Assembly (NCBI GenBank): GCA_032718475.1
Contig: JAUCBJ010007555.1
Span: forward strand, 1 to 44,947
Source of the DNA: Nemertoderma westbladi
Taxonomy: Eukaryota > Animalia > Xenacoelomorpha
DNA: 44,947 nt
Direction: 5' to 3'
The translations under genes were made by a program, and so were the position numbers. Within the stretch, counting starts at the first letter, position 1. Each line of letters opens with the position of its first letter. Of this stretch, positions 11,382 through 21,373 are shown in pieces. Below the pieces are notes generated by a model. The model worked only from the letters and a program-made list of their open reading frames with translations. It ran no database searches and was not told the origin of the DNA.

Positions 11382-12842
11382 TTAGTCTTTCTTGCACGGA
11401 CGGCGTTTACGCAGTCTTTTAAAGCTAGCCAGAGTCCTTTTCTCTTTGGGGCGAGCCACTTTACAAGGAGGGCTATAACTCCTGGGTGAAGGGTGCAATA
11501 TGTTTGCATCAGAGGGTGTAGGATTATGGTCGGTGTATCCGCCAGTCGAAGTACCGGGTTGATTGACATGAACGTCAGGGGAGAGGGGTCTAACGGCTTT
11601 GAGAGCTCGTTTCAAGACAGCCGCTCTTACGGGTCCTTTACGAGTGGTCTGAACGAGGGCCGTGGGTGGACCATAGGCAGTTAGAAACCTCCGGGGTTTA
11701 ATGGTCCTTTCCAACTCGCGTTCGCGGGCTCGGTATTCGTAAGGCCGTCGATATACTTCCTGTAACTCAGTGTGTGAGTTAACAAACAATTCTCCATAGT
11801 CCGGATCCTGACGGATATGATTGATTAAGTTATAGGAATGAAGGTCGCTAGGATTAACACTCCTGAGAAATTTGCGTACGAATTTGGTTGAAATACATTC
11901 TCCGACGCGCTTCAGTAGCTCGTAACTTGATATGCGTGATTTCTGTTCAACCGAAGCGAATAGATAAGGATGGAACGCATAAACTCCTTCGTAAGCGCGT
12001 CCGGGATAATAGCGATGGCGCGAATCACAATGTAAATCAGCGTTCGCTTCCCAAGCTCTGATGTAACGTAGTGTGATCATTTCATCTACGCTTTCCAAAT
12101 CGTGATTAAAAGGGCAATCGAAACTGGCATGTCCCTTTAGTTGACAATGGTGACATTGAGTCATAAATTGAGGGCAAACCGCAAAAATGTGCAAATTATT
12201 AAATCTGCAATACGCGCAATAAATTTCCATCGCCGGTTGTTCGTGGAAATAGGAACAGCGGACGTTTGTGTCCATGGGCGTAACATGGTCTCTCGATGCG
12301 CATAACCGACAACGTTGCCGAGAAACATAGTTGGCATGGCGATAATCGTACGCAGTGAGATATTGTGGACCTTGATACTATTCTAGGATGTAATCATTGT
12401 CGCTGTTCCGGGCGCGATAGGCTGAATCTCCTCAGATTCTAGGCATATTGGTTCGTCTTCCCAGTCTGTTACGAATAGAATTTTCGTGATCTATTCTCGG
12501 TTTATCGTTACGACGCCGCTGGGTATGATATTTAAATAGAACCATTTCCCTTTCGGTGTCTACATCGTCCGTATCATGTAAATCGATAGGATGGCCGGTA
12601 ATTAGGAAGTCCATATACGTACTATTACGATGCGTATAGCGAGAGGTGAATTTTCGCTAGTCCAATTCACGCGTAAGTTGCTCTTGGGACATCGGCGGTT
12701 CGATATAACGACCATCGTCCTCCGTAATGGTTGGATCGGTTTCACCGCGTATCAAGCTATCCACAAATGCTGGCAAAGGTAGAGTATATCGCTCCCTGAT
12801 ACCAAGATCATCTTCTATCAACTCCGTCACACCTGCTATCTG
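11382..12842 (-). pseudogene. Extra third ORF of BEL copy 2: Cys/His zinc-knuckle protein of unknown function
   Basis: The 297-aa ORF 11382-12275 is in frame with 12432-12614 and further upstream sequence, broken by three single stops; it contains CRLC-x4-H-x9-C, CAYC-x5-H-x4-C and CHHC-x4-H-x4-C, and ends in basic KRLRKRRPCKKD. Confidence 0.7.
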
Positions 12843-13649
12843 AGTTTATTAATATCGAAATGAGTTTATGTTTAGGCGAGCGGACGTCGCTGCCTACTTC
12901 TCTTTGCCCCCGGACAGTGGGATTCTCAGCGCCGATGTACCGTCGTCGCGGTGTTTACGCCAACATGTAGCAACATCACGACAACGATAACCGGCACAAG
13001 TCACTCCACTGTCCGTCCCAAATGCTTGAATCCACTTTAGGTTCTTTCTATAGGAGAGTTGGGCTACTTTCACAATTGCGACTAGCTACTGTAAACACAC
13101 CTTAGCAGTAACATTCACCTACAAACGCACAAATTCCACACAACTGTCACCAATTGTACACATACAGGCCATTTGTCCGTTAGTCAGTGCCTTCCAGAAT
13201 GTCACGTTATTACTGTGTATCCTTGGATACTAACAGTGTGCTATGTATTCTCTATGCTATGCAATGTGACAAGCTTTCTATTGTTCTCTTAACTTGCTTC
13301 TAATTCTAGCGTGGGTGTTGCTATGGTGACATTATGGAAAGCTAGCGGTAGAATTAGAGTAATTCTCATGCATACAGATCTGGGATGCTATTTAATAATA
13401 ATTCTTTAATTGTCAATATCCTCTTTATACATGATTTTATTAATTTTATCGGATATTGACTATATGTTGGAGATTCTCGCACTCTAATACACTCAATAGG
13501 ATGAATCTCCGCTCCCATGATCTATTAATTAATGGAATTTTGGGAATGTTATAAATTGCACAAAACGACAATTTATGAAATTCATTTAAAATATGAATTT
13601 AAATTTATTCCCGTGAATTTTATTATTTGATGTTAAAATTGACACAATT

Positions 13650-13942
13650 TGATTCCAGAGCAGGTCTGGGGACATAGGATCCTTAATTCTATGAAATTTG
13701 TCTTTTAAGAGTATCGGTAAGTGCTACGATATCTTAATCGACTAGAATTGTTAACGGATCTGAATTTTACAGATTTTACTAAATATTAAATTAATATTTA
13801 AGATGGGCACCGATTTATTCCAGAACTTGTCTGGGGACGTTAACCACTGATTCTAGAATTTGTCTTTCAAGTATATCGGTGGGTGCCGCGATATATTAAT
13901 CGACTAGAATTACAGATGGTCAAAAAGTTTAACAGATTTATT
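13650..13942. repeat. Degenerate tandem duplication (about 165-bp unit) in the BEL copy 2 3' non-coding region
   Basis: gtctggggac...aatttgtctt..tatcggt..ttaatcgactagaatt occurs at about 13664-13750 and about 13828-13911. Confidence 0.75.
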
Positions 13943-14460
13943 TGCGTTTCACGCTACTGTTATAGGGACATCACGCTACTATATGTATTATTTAATATAA
14001 GGTAGAAGAGCAATATTGCACGAAGCAATGTCAGTGTGAAGAGGCAAGTCGTTTCCAAGGTCTACCCAGAGCTTGGTTTAGCCGAGACACGAGGATCTGA
14101 ACTTTGCATTCCTAATACTCTGCCTACCAATAATACTTGAATATAGTAGTGGCTTTATTGTACTTTAATAAGTACGGACATTTCATCTTACTGTAGTCAC
14201 GTATTTATAATATGATACGGACAGTAAGGAAAGAGAAAAATAATTATTTCTCGCCATCGCACTAAATATATATTATAAGTAATTACGTACGTAATAAACA
14301 CTAATATATTGCACTAATCTACTAAATAATCACTAAAATAACATTCTACTAAATAAAATTAAATAAAACGATTATAACAAAATTACATAATAATACATAC
14401 ATAAATATAAAATAAAAACAAATATAAAATGATACAGTCACACGCCCACTCCATATGTTA

Positions 14461-16719
14461 TTACGTTATGGAGTCCCTAGATATTTGTCGGATTAGGGAA
14501 GTGGTCGTAGGAAGAGCATCTTGCCTTCCATAGTTTCCGGACAGTTTTCGGTCTCTTTCCAATAAACATAAACAACCAGCTGGGCGATTGAGTTGTTGTG
14601 TTACTTTCTCCGCTCCCTTGGCCTGTCTACTCTCCGCCTTGGTAAGATGAGGAGGCCATTCTTCTTCTTCTTTACTTAAGAAGTCGGATCCACCTAACCA
14701 GCCTGGAGTATCTATCAGTTCTTGAGGAGTTGCTCCTCTGGAAGCGATGTCGGCTGGATTAATCGTCCCAAGGCATTGTCTCCATTGATCTACATTGGAG
14801 TTAATATCGTCATTATCTGAGGAGTATGGTGTTCCCTCAGTTGGATCGTCCACATCACTGCTCTCCACTTCCCATTCCTTTACTTGGTATACCTGTTGTT
14901 GAGGTAATCTCTCTTTGAGAGTTCTACGGGAAGGGCCAGTGAAGTACCAACCTACTCTAGTTCTTACCGCATAGGTTTGTAGTGGCTGCGGTTGAGCAGG
15001 CCGTTTCTCCAATGTCTCGAGCGCCTCATGCGCGTTTTGGCCGATGAGTATTTGCACTCCAGGATAATCTGTCTGGAATCGAGGTATCTTAAGATGTTGG
15101 ATGCTCTCATCCTCGTCCCAATTATAAAGGTCTGCTTGGGTAGCAGCGAAGTTCTTTATAGCCACCATTTTTACCGACCTTATACCTTGTGCTCCTAATT
15201 TATCCTGGGGGGTGGACAACACACCTACATAGTAGTCTGCCGTTAGGGTAGATTTCCAAACCTGCATAATTCCTGACATATTCAATTTAGTCCGGAATTT
15301 GGGTTGTCCAGCAAAAATATCTTCGGCTAGTTCTTGATCGATGAATGTTCCTGTGCTGCCGGAGTCAAGGAGGGCGTTCACTATGTAACCTTTGTTAGGA
15401 CCATGAACTCTTACCTGCACTACAGGAAATTCTCTGATTCCTACGTTGGAAGTTGGAGCTTTCCAAGATGGTTGTTTGGCAAAAGTAGTTGGGGGAAACT
15501 CATTGTTGGTGTCCTTTTCATAAGTAAGTGCTCGATACACTGAGGTATTTATTAGGTAACAGGATTCGTTGGCGTCGGAGAATTCGTCAGTATAGAATCC
15601 TTCCATCTCAGACTCTTGATCAGTGTCATTTACATCACTGAATTGGACATGTAGTTCGGGCTCACTTACCTGACTCGGGTTGTCTCGTTCGAACTCACTG
15701 TGTAACAAGATGTGATGTTTCGCGCCACACTTTGCACACTTTACGTCGGAGTAACAGGTTCGCCGTTGGTGTCCTGATCTGAGGCAATTATAGCATAACC
15801 GCTTATTCCACAGGACTGTACGTCTGTCTACAGGGGATTTCTTTAGAAATTCAGCACACGCACTCAAACAGTGGGTCCCGTCGCACAGCGCACAGTTAGG
15901 TTTTATGTTACTCACTTTACCTTGGGTAACTTGATGCACTCTCGTTTTTTCTTCGGGTTTTCTTCGGTGCATTCTGTTAGGAGACTGAGGGGGGGTCTTG
16001 GCAACCTGTTCTCTCCTATCGTTGTTTCGAGCCTTGTATTTACTTACATCTTTTGAGGTTTTGTCAACGTAGCAAGATCTCTCAGTGTCTTTCCCGCTGT
16101 CCTCTTCTTGAGAAGCTTGGCTTTCGCCGTCGTCAGTGTAACACACCGGTGTTACTCTTCTCCTAGAAGCGGGTTTCTCACTTACCTTATTTTCCGATGT
16201 TTTCTCTCTGGACTGCTTGATGAGTTGTAGTTTTACCTCACCATCTAAGAAGGACATGAGATCAGCCATGGTAGGACTTCGTCGTTGTTGTTCATTCATG
16301 TACAACACTTTCTTGTCCCAGCGTGTACATACTCCACCCTTTGGTAAAGTAGAGACTACTGCTCCAATAACCATTGAACTCTGATATTCATGAGACTTAC
16401 CTAACCAGTCCAATTGTCTACAGATCTCCTGAATTTCATCGGAAAACTCTATAATCCCGCTACTAAGGAAGTGTCGGGGGGCTACTAATTTTGCATACAA
16501 ATACTTAGCTATGTTATCTTTGTTACCATACCTGATGTTTAATGTATCCCAAACTTGTCTTAATCCATCTGGATGTCCAATAAACTTTAACGCCATTAAC
16601 CTGGGAGGTCCTTCCAAGCACTTGATGAGGAACCTAAGTTTCTCTCCGTTAGATAGTACAGAGTTTTGTATGCTATCTTTGTAATATTCATTGAAAGGTA
16701 GCATCTCATCCCATCTCAT
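14461..16719 (-). CDS. BEL copy 2 Gag C-terminus plus protease, fused in frame to RNase H and integrase C-terminal stubs
   Basis: Triple zinc knuckle and ALLDSGS, then a jump to WRQCLGTINPADIASRG (end of RH), then a jump to RPAGCLCLLE (end of IN); no YxDD present. Confidence 0.85.
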   Translation of the reverse strand: MRWDEMLPFNEYYKDSIQNSVLSNGEKLRFLIKCLEGPPRLMALKFIGHPDGLRQVWDTLNIRYGNKDNIAKYLYAKLVAPRHFLSSGIIEFSDEIQEICRQLDWLGKSHEYQSSMVIGAVVSTLPKGGVCTRWDKKVLYMNEQQRRSPTMADLMSFLDGEVKLQLIKQSREKTSENKVSEKPASRRRVTPVCYTDDGESQASQEEDSGKDTERSCYVDKTSKDVSKYKARNNDRREQVAKTPPQSPNRMHRRKPEEKTRVHQVTQGKVSNIKPNCALCDGTHCLSACAEFLKKSPVDRRTVLWNKRLCYNCLRSGHQRRTCYSDVKCAKCGAKHHILLHSEFERDNPSQVSEPELHVQFSDVNDTDQESEMEGFYTDEFSDANESCYLINTSVYRALTYEKDTNNEFPPTTFAKQPSWKAPTSNVGIREFPVVQVRVHGPNKGYIVNALLDSGSTGTFIDQELAEDIFAGQPKFRTKLNMSGIMQVWKSTLTADYYVGVLSTPQDKLGAQGIRSVKMVAIKNFAATQADLYNWDEDESIQHLKIPRFQTDYPGVQILIGQNAHEALETLEKRPAQPQPLQTYAVRTRVGWYFTGPSRRTLKERLPQQQVYQVKEWEVESSDVDDPTEGTPYSSDNDDINSNVDQWRQCLGTINPADIASRGATPQELIDTPGWLGGSDFLSKEEEEWPPHLTKAESRQAKGAEKVTQQLNRPAGCLCLLERDRKLSGNYGRQDALPTTTSLIRQISRDSIT

Positions 16720-19139
16720 CTCATCTCATCTCCATTGAATTTAACGATCTCTCCCACTTTGACCGCTTGGCGGGCTTCTGTTCTAGCCATCTGACGCGTA
16801 AAGCTTTCTTGGGCCATCGTGTTATTTAATATCGAATTATCGGTATATAAATTTCTCGGATCATTATCAGGTCTATAAGGAATATCATTAACAACAGGTC
16901 TACAATCACCCCCAATAGGGTTTGCTATAGGAGTTTCTACTTCACTAGCAGTATAGATGCGTGTAGGCTCCACACCTTGCGCATGTAATACTTCAGACCT
17001 AACAGGCTGACACAATGTTACAGGGGGTATGGGTATACCCTTTGGTATGTTGACTAATTTGTCACGTTCTAGCGCGATACTTTGCTGCACTTCTTGCAAT
17101 TCTGCCCTACCTTCCCTTACTGTTCCCTTAAGCTGGTGGACAGTCTCCTGCATCTGTCCGAGCAGGAGATTCATCCCCCGCCGTCCCTCCTCTACCCACT
17201 CAACCGCCGAAGCGGGAGTCGCCAACATTGTAGCGGGCTGACGCGGGACGACGGGAGACAAATCTTTGATTTCTCTCTCAGCTTCCAGGACAGGGATATT
17301 CTCATGGACTGTTCTACCGGGTACAGGCAGTGTAGTACTGTGTAAAGGGAATTTAGAGTTAAGCTCTGGAAGTACAGGGGTCTCTAGCACAGAAGTGACT
17401 TTGGGAACGACAGGCCTAATTATTTCAGGCTCATCAACTATTGTAGGGAGTCTTTTGACCCGAATAATTTGTTCTGCGGGTTCTGTATTGCCTAAGTCTG
17501 CGCTAGTTAGTTGTCTTCTAACCGCCGGGGGCAAATCAGGCAATTTGTGCCGGTGAGATGTTTTTCTACGCCTGCTTAGACGAGATATATTTCCTCCGCC
17601 TTCAGGATCGGTGGTTTCGCTTTCCTCCGAGGATGTGTATCCCTGGCGTTTGGGAGTAGATCTACTCCTCATCTGCATTTGCCTAGCAGTTAACTGTTTA
17701 TTTATGCAGTCTTGCGTCTCTTGAAGATTTTCCAACTCCAGTTGTGCGGTCTCTTCAGACGCTCTCTGTTCTGCGTCTGCCAATGCCATTGCTGCTGCTG
17801 CTTTGGCTGCTTCCACTGTCGCTGCCGCTTTTGCTTCTGCCTCTTCCACTGCCGCTGCTGCCTTTGCCGCTGCTACTGCTGCTACTGCCTTTGCCGCTTC
17901 CACTGCCGCTGCCGCTTTTGCCTCTTCCACTGACGCTGCCGCTTTCGCCGCTGCTACTGCCCTTTTGTCCTCTATCCGCCTTCTCTTTACCTGTTCTTCT
18001 TGGACTCTAGCGAGGCGGAGTTTTTCATCAAATTCTGCTTGGTTAGCAGCTAACATTTCAGCATCGATTGAATCTAACACACGCTGGGTTCCTTCACTAT
18101 TGGGGGAAAGTCCAGACAGCCGTCTCCTCAACTCTTCGTCTCCTAGGAATCGCTGATAGTCGGACAGATAAATGTCGATGGCGTCTCTCGTTCGTGGTTT
18201 CTCTGAGGTCTTTTCGCCTTCTACTTGAGGAAGGGTGGCATCGGTTGGTTCTTCATAGGTTAGTCTCTCAGACAGCTGGGATTTCCACTGGTCTGTTTCT
18301 TGTACTTGGAGACCTACCCGCTGGAACCAAGTTTTGACAGCAACCTGCAGCGACGTGTCCTGTCTTCTTTTGGAAGTTTCCTCAAAAGCTGATAGGATTA
18401 GCCGAATGCGTAGGGTTCTCTCGCGTACCTGATATAGCAGTTCTTCCTGCTCTTGAGGTCCTTGGGGTTGTCGAAACAGTTGTTCTTCCAATCGCTCTAA
18501 GGAGCCGAAGAATCCCTGCACATATCCTGCTGCCGACCTCTTCCAAACAGCTGGATCCATCGTATCTTTAGCCACTCCCATCCTGTGTATATCTTCCCAA
18601 GTAGCCTCGGACAGATCTAACGGGAGTCCGGGTCCGGGAAAGTTCCATTGTGACTCGACAATAGACATCAATTCTTCCCTGGCGTATCCCGCATAATTAT
18701 CTTGGGTCGCTCGCTTATTTCTCGCCCAATCTGCTTGATGTTCCTCCACCGCAATCAATATAGTTGTTAGCACTGCGGCAGGAAGGGTGAGAAGGGGGTC
18801 CGAGTAGGCTTTAGCCGTCATCTGCAATCCACGTTCGGGGGTCAGTTCGACAGTATCCGAACTACTGGAGCTATCTGATCGCTGGGAACAAGTTTCTTGA
18901 CTAGGCTGTTGCTGCTGTGGGACAGCTGCTTCCTGGTTCCGTTTGACTTGGGCCCGAGTGCCGATGATAGACCTACGGCGTTGGATTAGCTTAGGGTCCG
19001 ATATCACTACTGGAGGGATGACTTTTCTTTCAGTAGGAGGTGAGCTGAACTCCTTTCTTAATCGCTCAACACTCCTATCTGTGTCACAGATGGTTGTATC
19101 GATTAGACTGTCTGACAGGTTTTGCTGAGTGTCAGACAT
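16716..19139 (-). CDS. BEL copy 2 Gag N-terminal region (807 aa, with Ala-rich repeat)
   Basis: Colinear homolog of copy 1 5248-7700; ends at a (GATGA)n expansion that shifts the frame. Confidence 0.85.
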   Translation of the reverse strand: MSDTQQNLSDSLIDTTICDTDRSVERLRKEFSSPPTERKVIPPVVISDPKLIQRRRSIIGTRAQVKRNQEAAVPQQQQPSQETCSQRSDSSSSSDTVELTPERGLQMTAKAYSDPLLTLPAAVLTTILIAVEEHQADWARNKRATQDNYAGYAREELMSIVESQWNFPGPGLPLDLSEATWEDIHRMGVAKDTMDPAVWKRSAAGYVQGFFGSLERLEEQLFRQPQGPQEQEELLYQVRERTLRIRLILSAFEETSKRRQDTSLQVAVKTWFQRVGLQVQETDQWKSQLSERLTYEEPTDATLPQVEGEKTSEKPRTRDAIDIYLSDYQRFLGDEELRRRLSGLSPNSEGTQRVLDSIDAEMLAANQAEFDEKLRLARVQEEQVKRRRIEDKRAVAAAKAAASVEEAKAAAAVEAAKAVAAVAAAKAAAAVEEAEAKAAATVEAAKAAAAMALADAEQRASEETAQLELENLQETQDCINKQLTARQMQMRSRSTPKRQGYTSSEESETTDPEGGGNISRLSRRRKTSHRHKLPDLPPAVRRQLTSADLGNTEPAEQIIRVKRLPTIVDEPEIIRPVVPKVTSVLETPVLPELNSKFPLHSTTLPVPGRTVHENIPVLEAEREIKDLSPVVPRQPATMLATPASAVEWVEEGRRGMNLLLGQMQETVHQLKGTVREGRAELQEVQQSIALERDKLVNIPKGIPIPPVTLCQPVRSEVLHAQGVEPTRIYTASEVETPIANPIGGDCRPVVNDIPYRPDNDPRNLYTDNSILNNTMAQESFTRQMARTEARQAVKVGEIVKFNGDEMR

Positions 19140-20469
19140 GTTTAGCTATACAGTTGAATGCTTACTGCTATAGTTACAGTTAAAGCAAGTCTAGTAATTC
19201 AGTATGACCGTTGGCCTAGTACCGGTAATTTATTGCAGTATTAGAATACCGGTATGCGCTTATAATATATATATAAGTATTGTAAACTAGGTTTGTCACA
19301 GAGTACCGGTATATAATTTTAGCACAAATATATATAAATATATAATAGGCCTATCGTGAATACCGGTATACAGCTTACACTTATAGTATATATAAGTATA
19401 ATTATGAACTAGAATTAATTACAGAATACCGGTATGATTTCAGCTCAAATTTGTAGAAATAAATATAATAAGCCTATGGTAAATACCGGTATGTCAATTA
19501 TTTTAGAATAATTGAATTTCTGAATATTTTAGGGTTACTTGGTTACTTTAACTTACTTTGTTACCGTTATTTAAGCAGTAGTCCAACTGATTTTGAGACC
19601 TAGTTGTTGTATGGCAGGCCTACTATTTATAAATCGTTTGAGTTGATTTATAATAGATATATACCCGTTTAAAATGGGTCCTTTCAATATTCGAAATAAA
19701 TGTTATTATTTCTGGGGGTTCACTACACAGAAGCTGTGCGCTCTCAGTGAAGTGCTATTTATTGGACACTAAAACAGATAATTCTAATTTACCTAAGTTA
19801 CTTAATACTACAAATTACGTACGATACGGGTGAGATTAAATCTCTAATTAAACACAACAAAAATATTACGTACGAAATTTTTAGGGTAATTTTACAGGAA
19901 GTCTACAAACCAGTCTAACAAAGGGTTGGAATTCTGGTTATTACAACGGACAGGGTACTACGGTATTTGAAAATAATAAGTAGTAGTAAATACACTGCTT
20001 TGTCCAGATAGGAAAATACCACCGCCTGACGACCTATAACCGTATCGCTATAGGTACTACGTTATGTATCACGGAGTGTTCCTACCTAGAAGTTAATTAC
20101 CGCGGACTACCAGATCCAGCGTGCCTATTAACCACTTTACAACACAAATATACTGCCTACACACTAATTACTTCGGAAAGCACTGTACACTAAACCCTAA
20201 ATTAGGTACAAGTACTGGTACAACAAATAATCAGTAGTTAAATATACTTGAACAGTTAAAAGAACCACGGCATCTGCTGGAGTGACCGGTGCACAAAATC
20301 ACCAGTCTTGTCCTACGCCAAGCAGCCCGTGTAGTACCGGGGTTAATTTAACTATAACGGTATGTGTAACAAGCACAATTACTGTAGGAATAAACTTGGG
20401 GACATGAATGTTGCGAATAATCGCATAAACTCTGAATAATAAATATTACGCTAACGGTACAGAATACTC

Positions 20470-21010
20470 AAACAAAATACAAACCAAACGCTGGCAGACT
20501 ACCACCAAGCCTAAATAAACTACTGTATGTGCAGATTCCAAAACGGTTAGTTAGTATGCGTTCTAACACGGTAGTACGACTTATTCTTTAAGAGGGGATT
20601 GACCTTACAGCTATGGCTGCCCCAACTTACTAACTGGCACTTTATCAGACAAACTCTACACACGCAGCAATCTCTTCGGACCTAATAATAGCTAGACAAC
20701 AATCCAGCCTACAAAATATCTGAGTAATAACTATTACGGTATCTGAACAGACCACACAAACAAACACAAGCCAAAACGCTGGCAGAATACTGTCAAGCCT
20801 AAATAAACTACAGTATGTGCAGATTCCAAAATTGTTAGTTAGTATGCGTTCTAACACGGTAGTACGACTTATTCTTTAAGAGGGGATTGACCTTACAGCT
20901 ATGGCTGCCCCAACTTACTAACTGGCACTCTATCGGACAAACTCTACACACGCAGTAATCTCTCCAAACCCAACAACAATCTGACAACAGTCCGGCCTAC
21001 AATTATCTGA
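20470..21010. repeat. Tandem duplication with 288-bp period in the BEL copy 2 leader
   Basis: gcagattcca at 20531 and 20819, with long near-identical blocks after each. Confidence 0.9.
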
Positions 21011-21181
21011 ACAATCTGAGCAGACTTACACGTCTTCAGCTCAATATTAACTTACATGTAAATAAAACCGACAGAAATAAGTAAGCTCCAAAAGAAACAA
21101 GGGGTGTACAGTCCCTAATCTCTTAAACAGCCTACCGGTATGCAATAATCAAAATCGAATAATACTAATGTACTTATATTG

Positions 21182-21308
21182 GAAGTACCGGTTAGGACAG
21201 TTGGGCCTACGGACCTACAGAAGTACCGGTTCTGGCAGTTGGACCTACGGACCTACAGCAGTACCGGTTCTGGCAGTTGGGCCTACTGACCTACAGAAGT
21301 ACCGGTTC
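21182..21308. repeat. 38-bp minisatellite, about 3.3 copies, in the BEL copy 2 leader
   Basis: gaagtaccggttctggcagttggrcctacggacctaca-type units start at 21182, 21220, 21258 and 21296. Confidence 0.9.
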
Positions 21309-21373
21309 AGGTTTACCGGTTGACAGGTACTTTCAACTTTATTGCTTACTGCAATAAAGTCAATAACTGTTAT

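Noticed and set aside
11382-12275. Extra BEL ORF as an env gene
   Set aside because: No signal peptide, transmembrane helix or fusion-protein features are visible; it has zinc knuckles instead.
21182-21308. 38-bp repeats as a CRISPR array
   Set aside because: Head-to-tail units without unique spacers, no cas genes, eukaryotic retroelement context.
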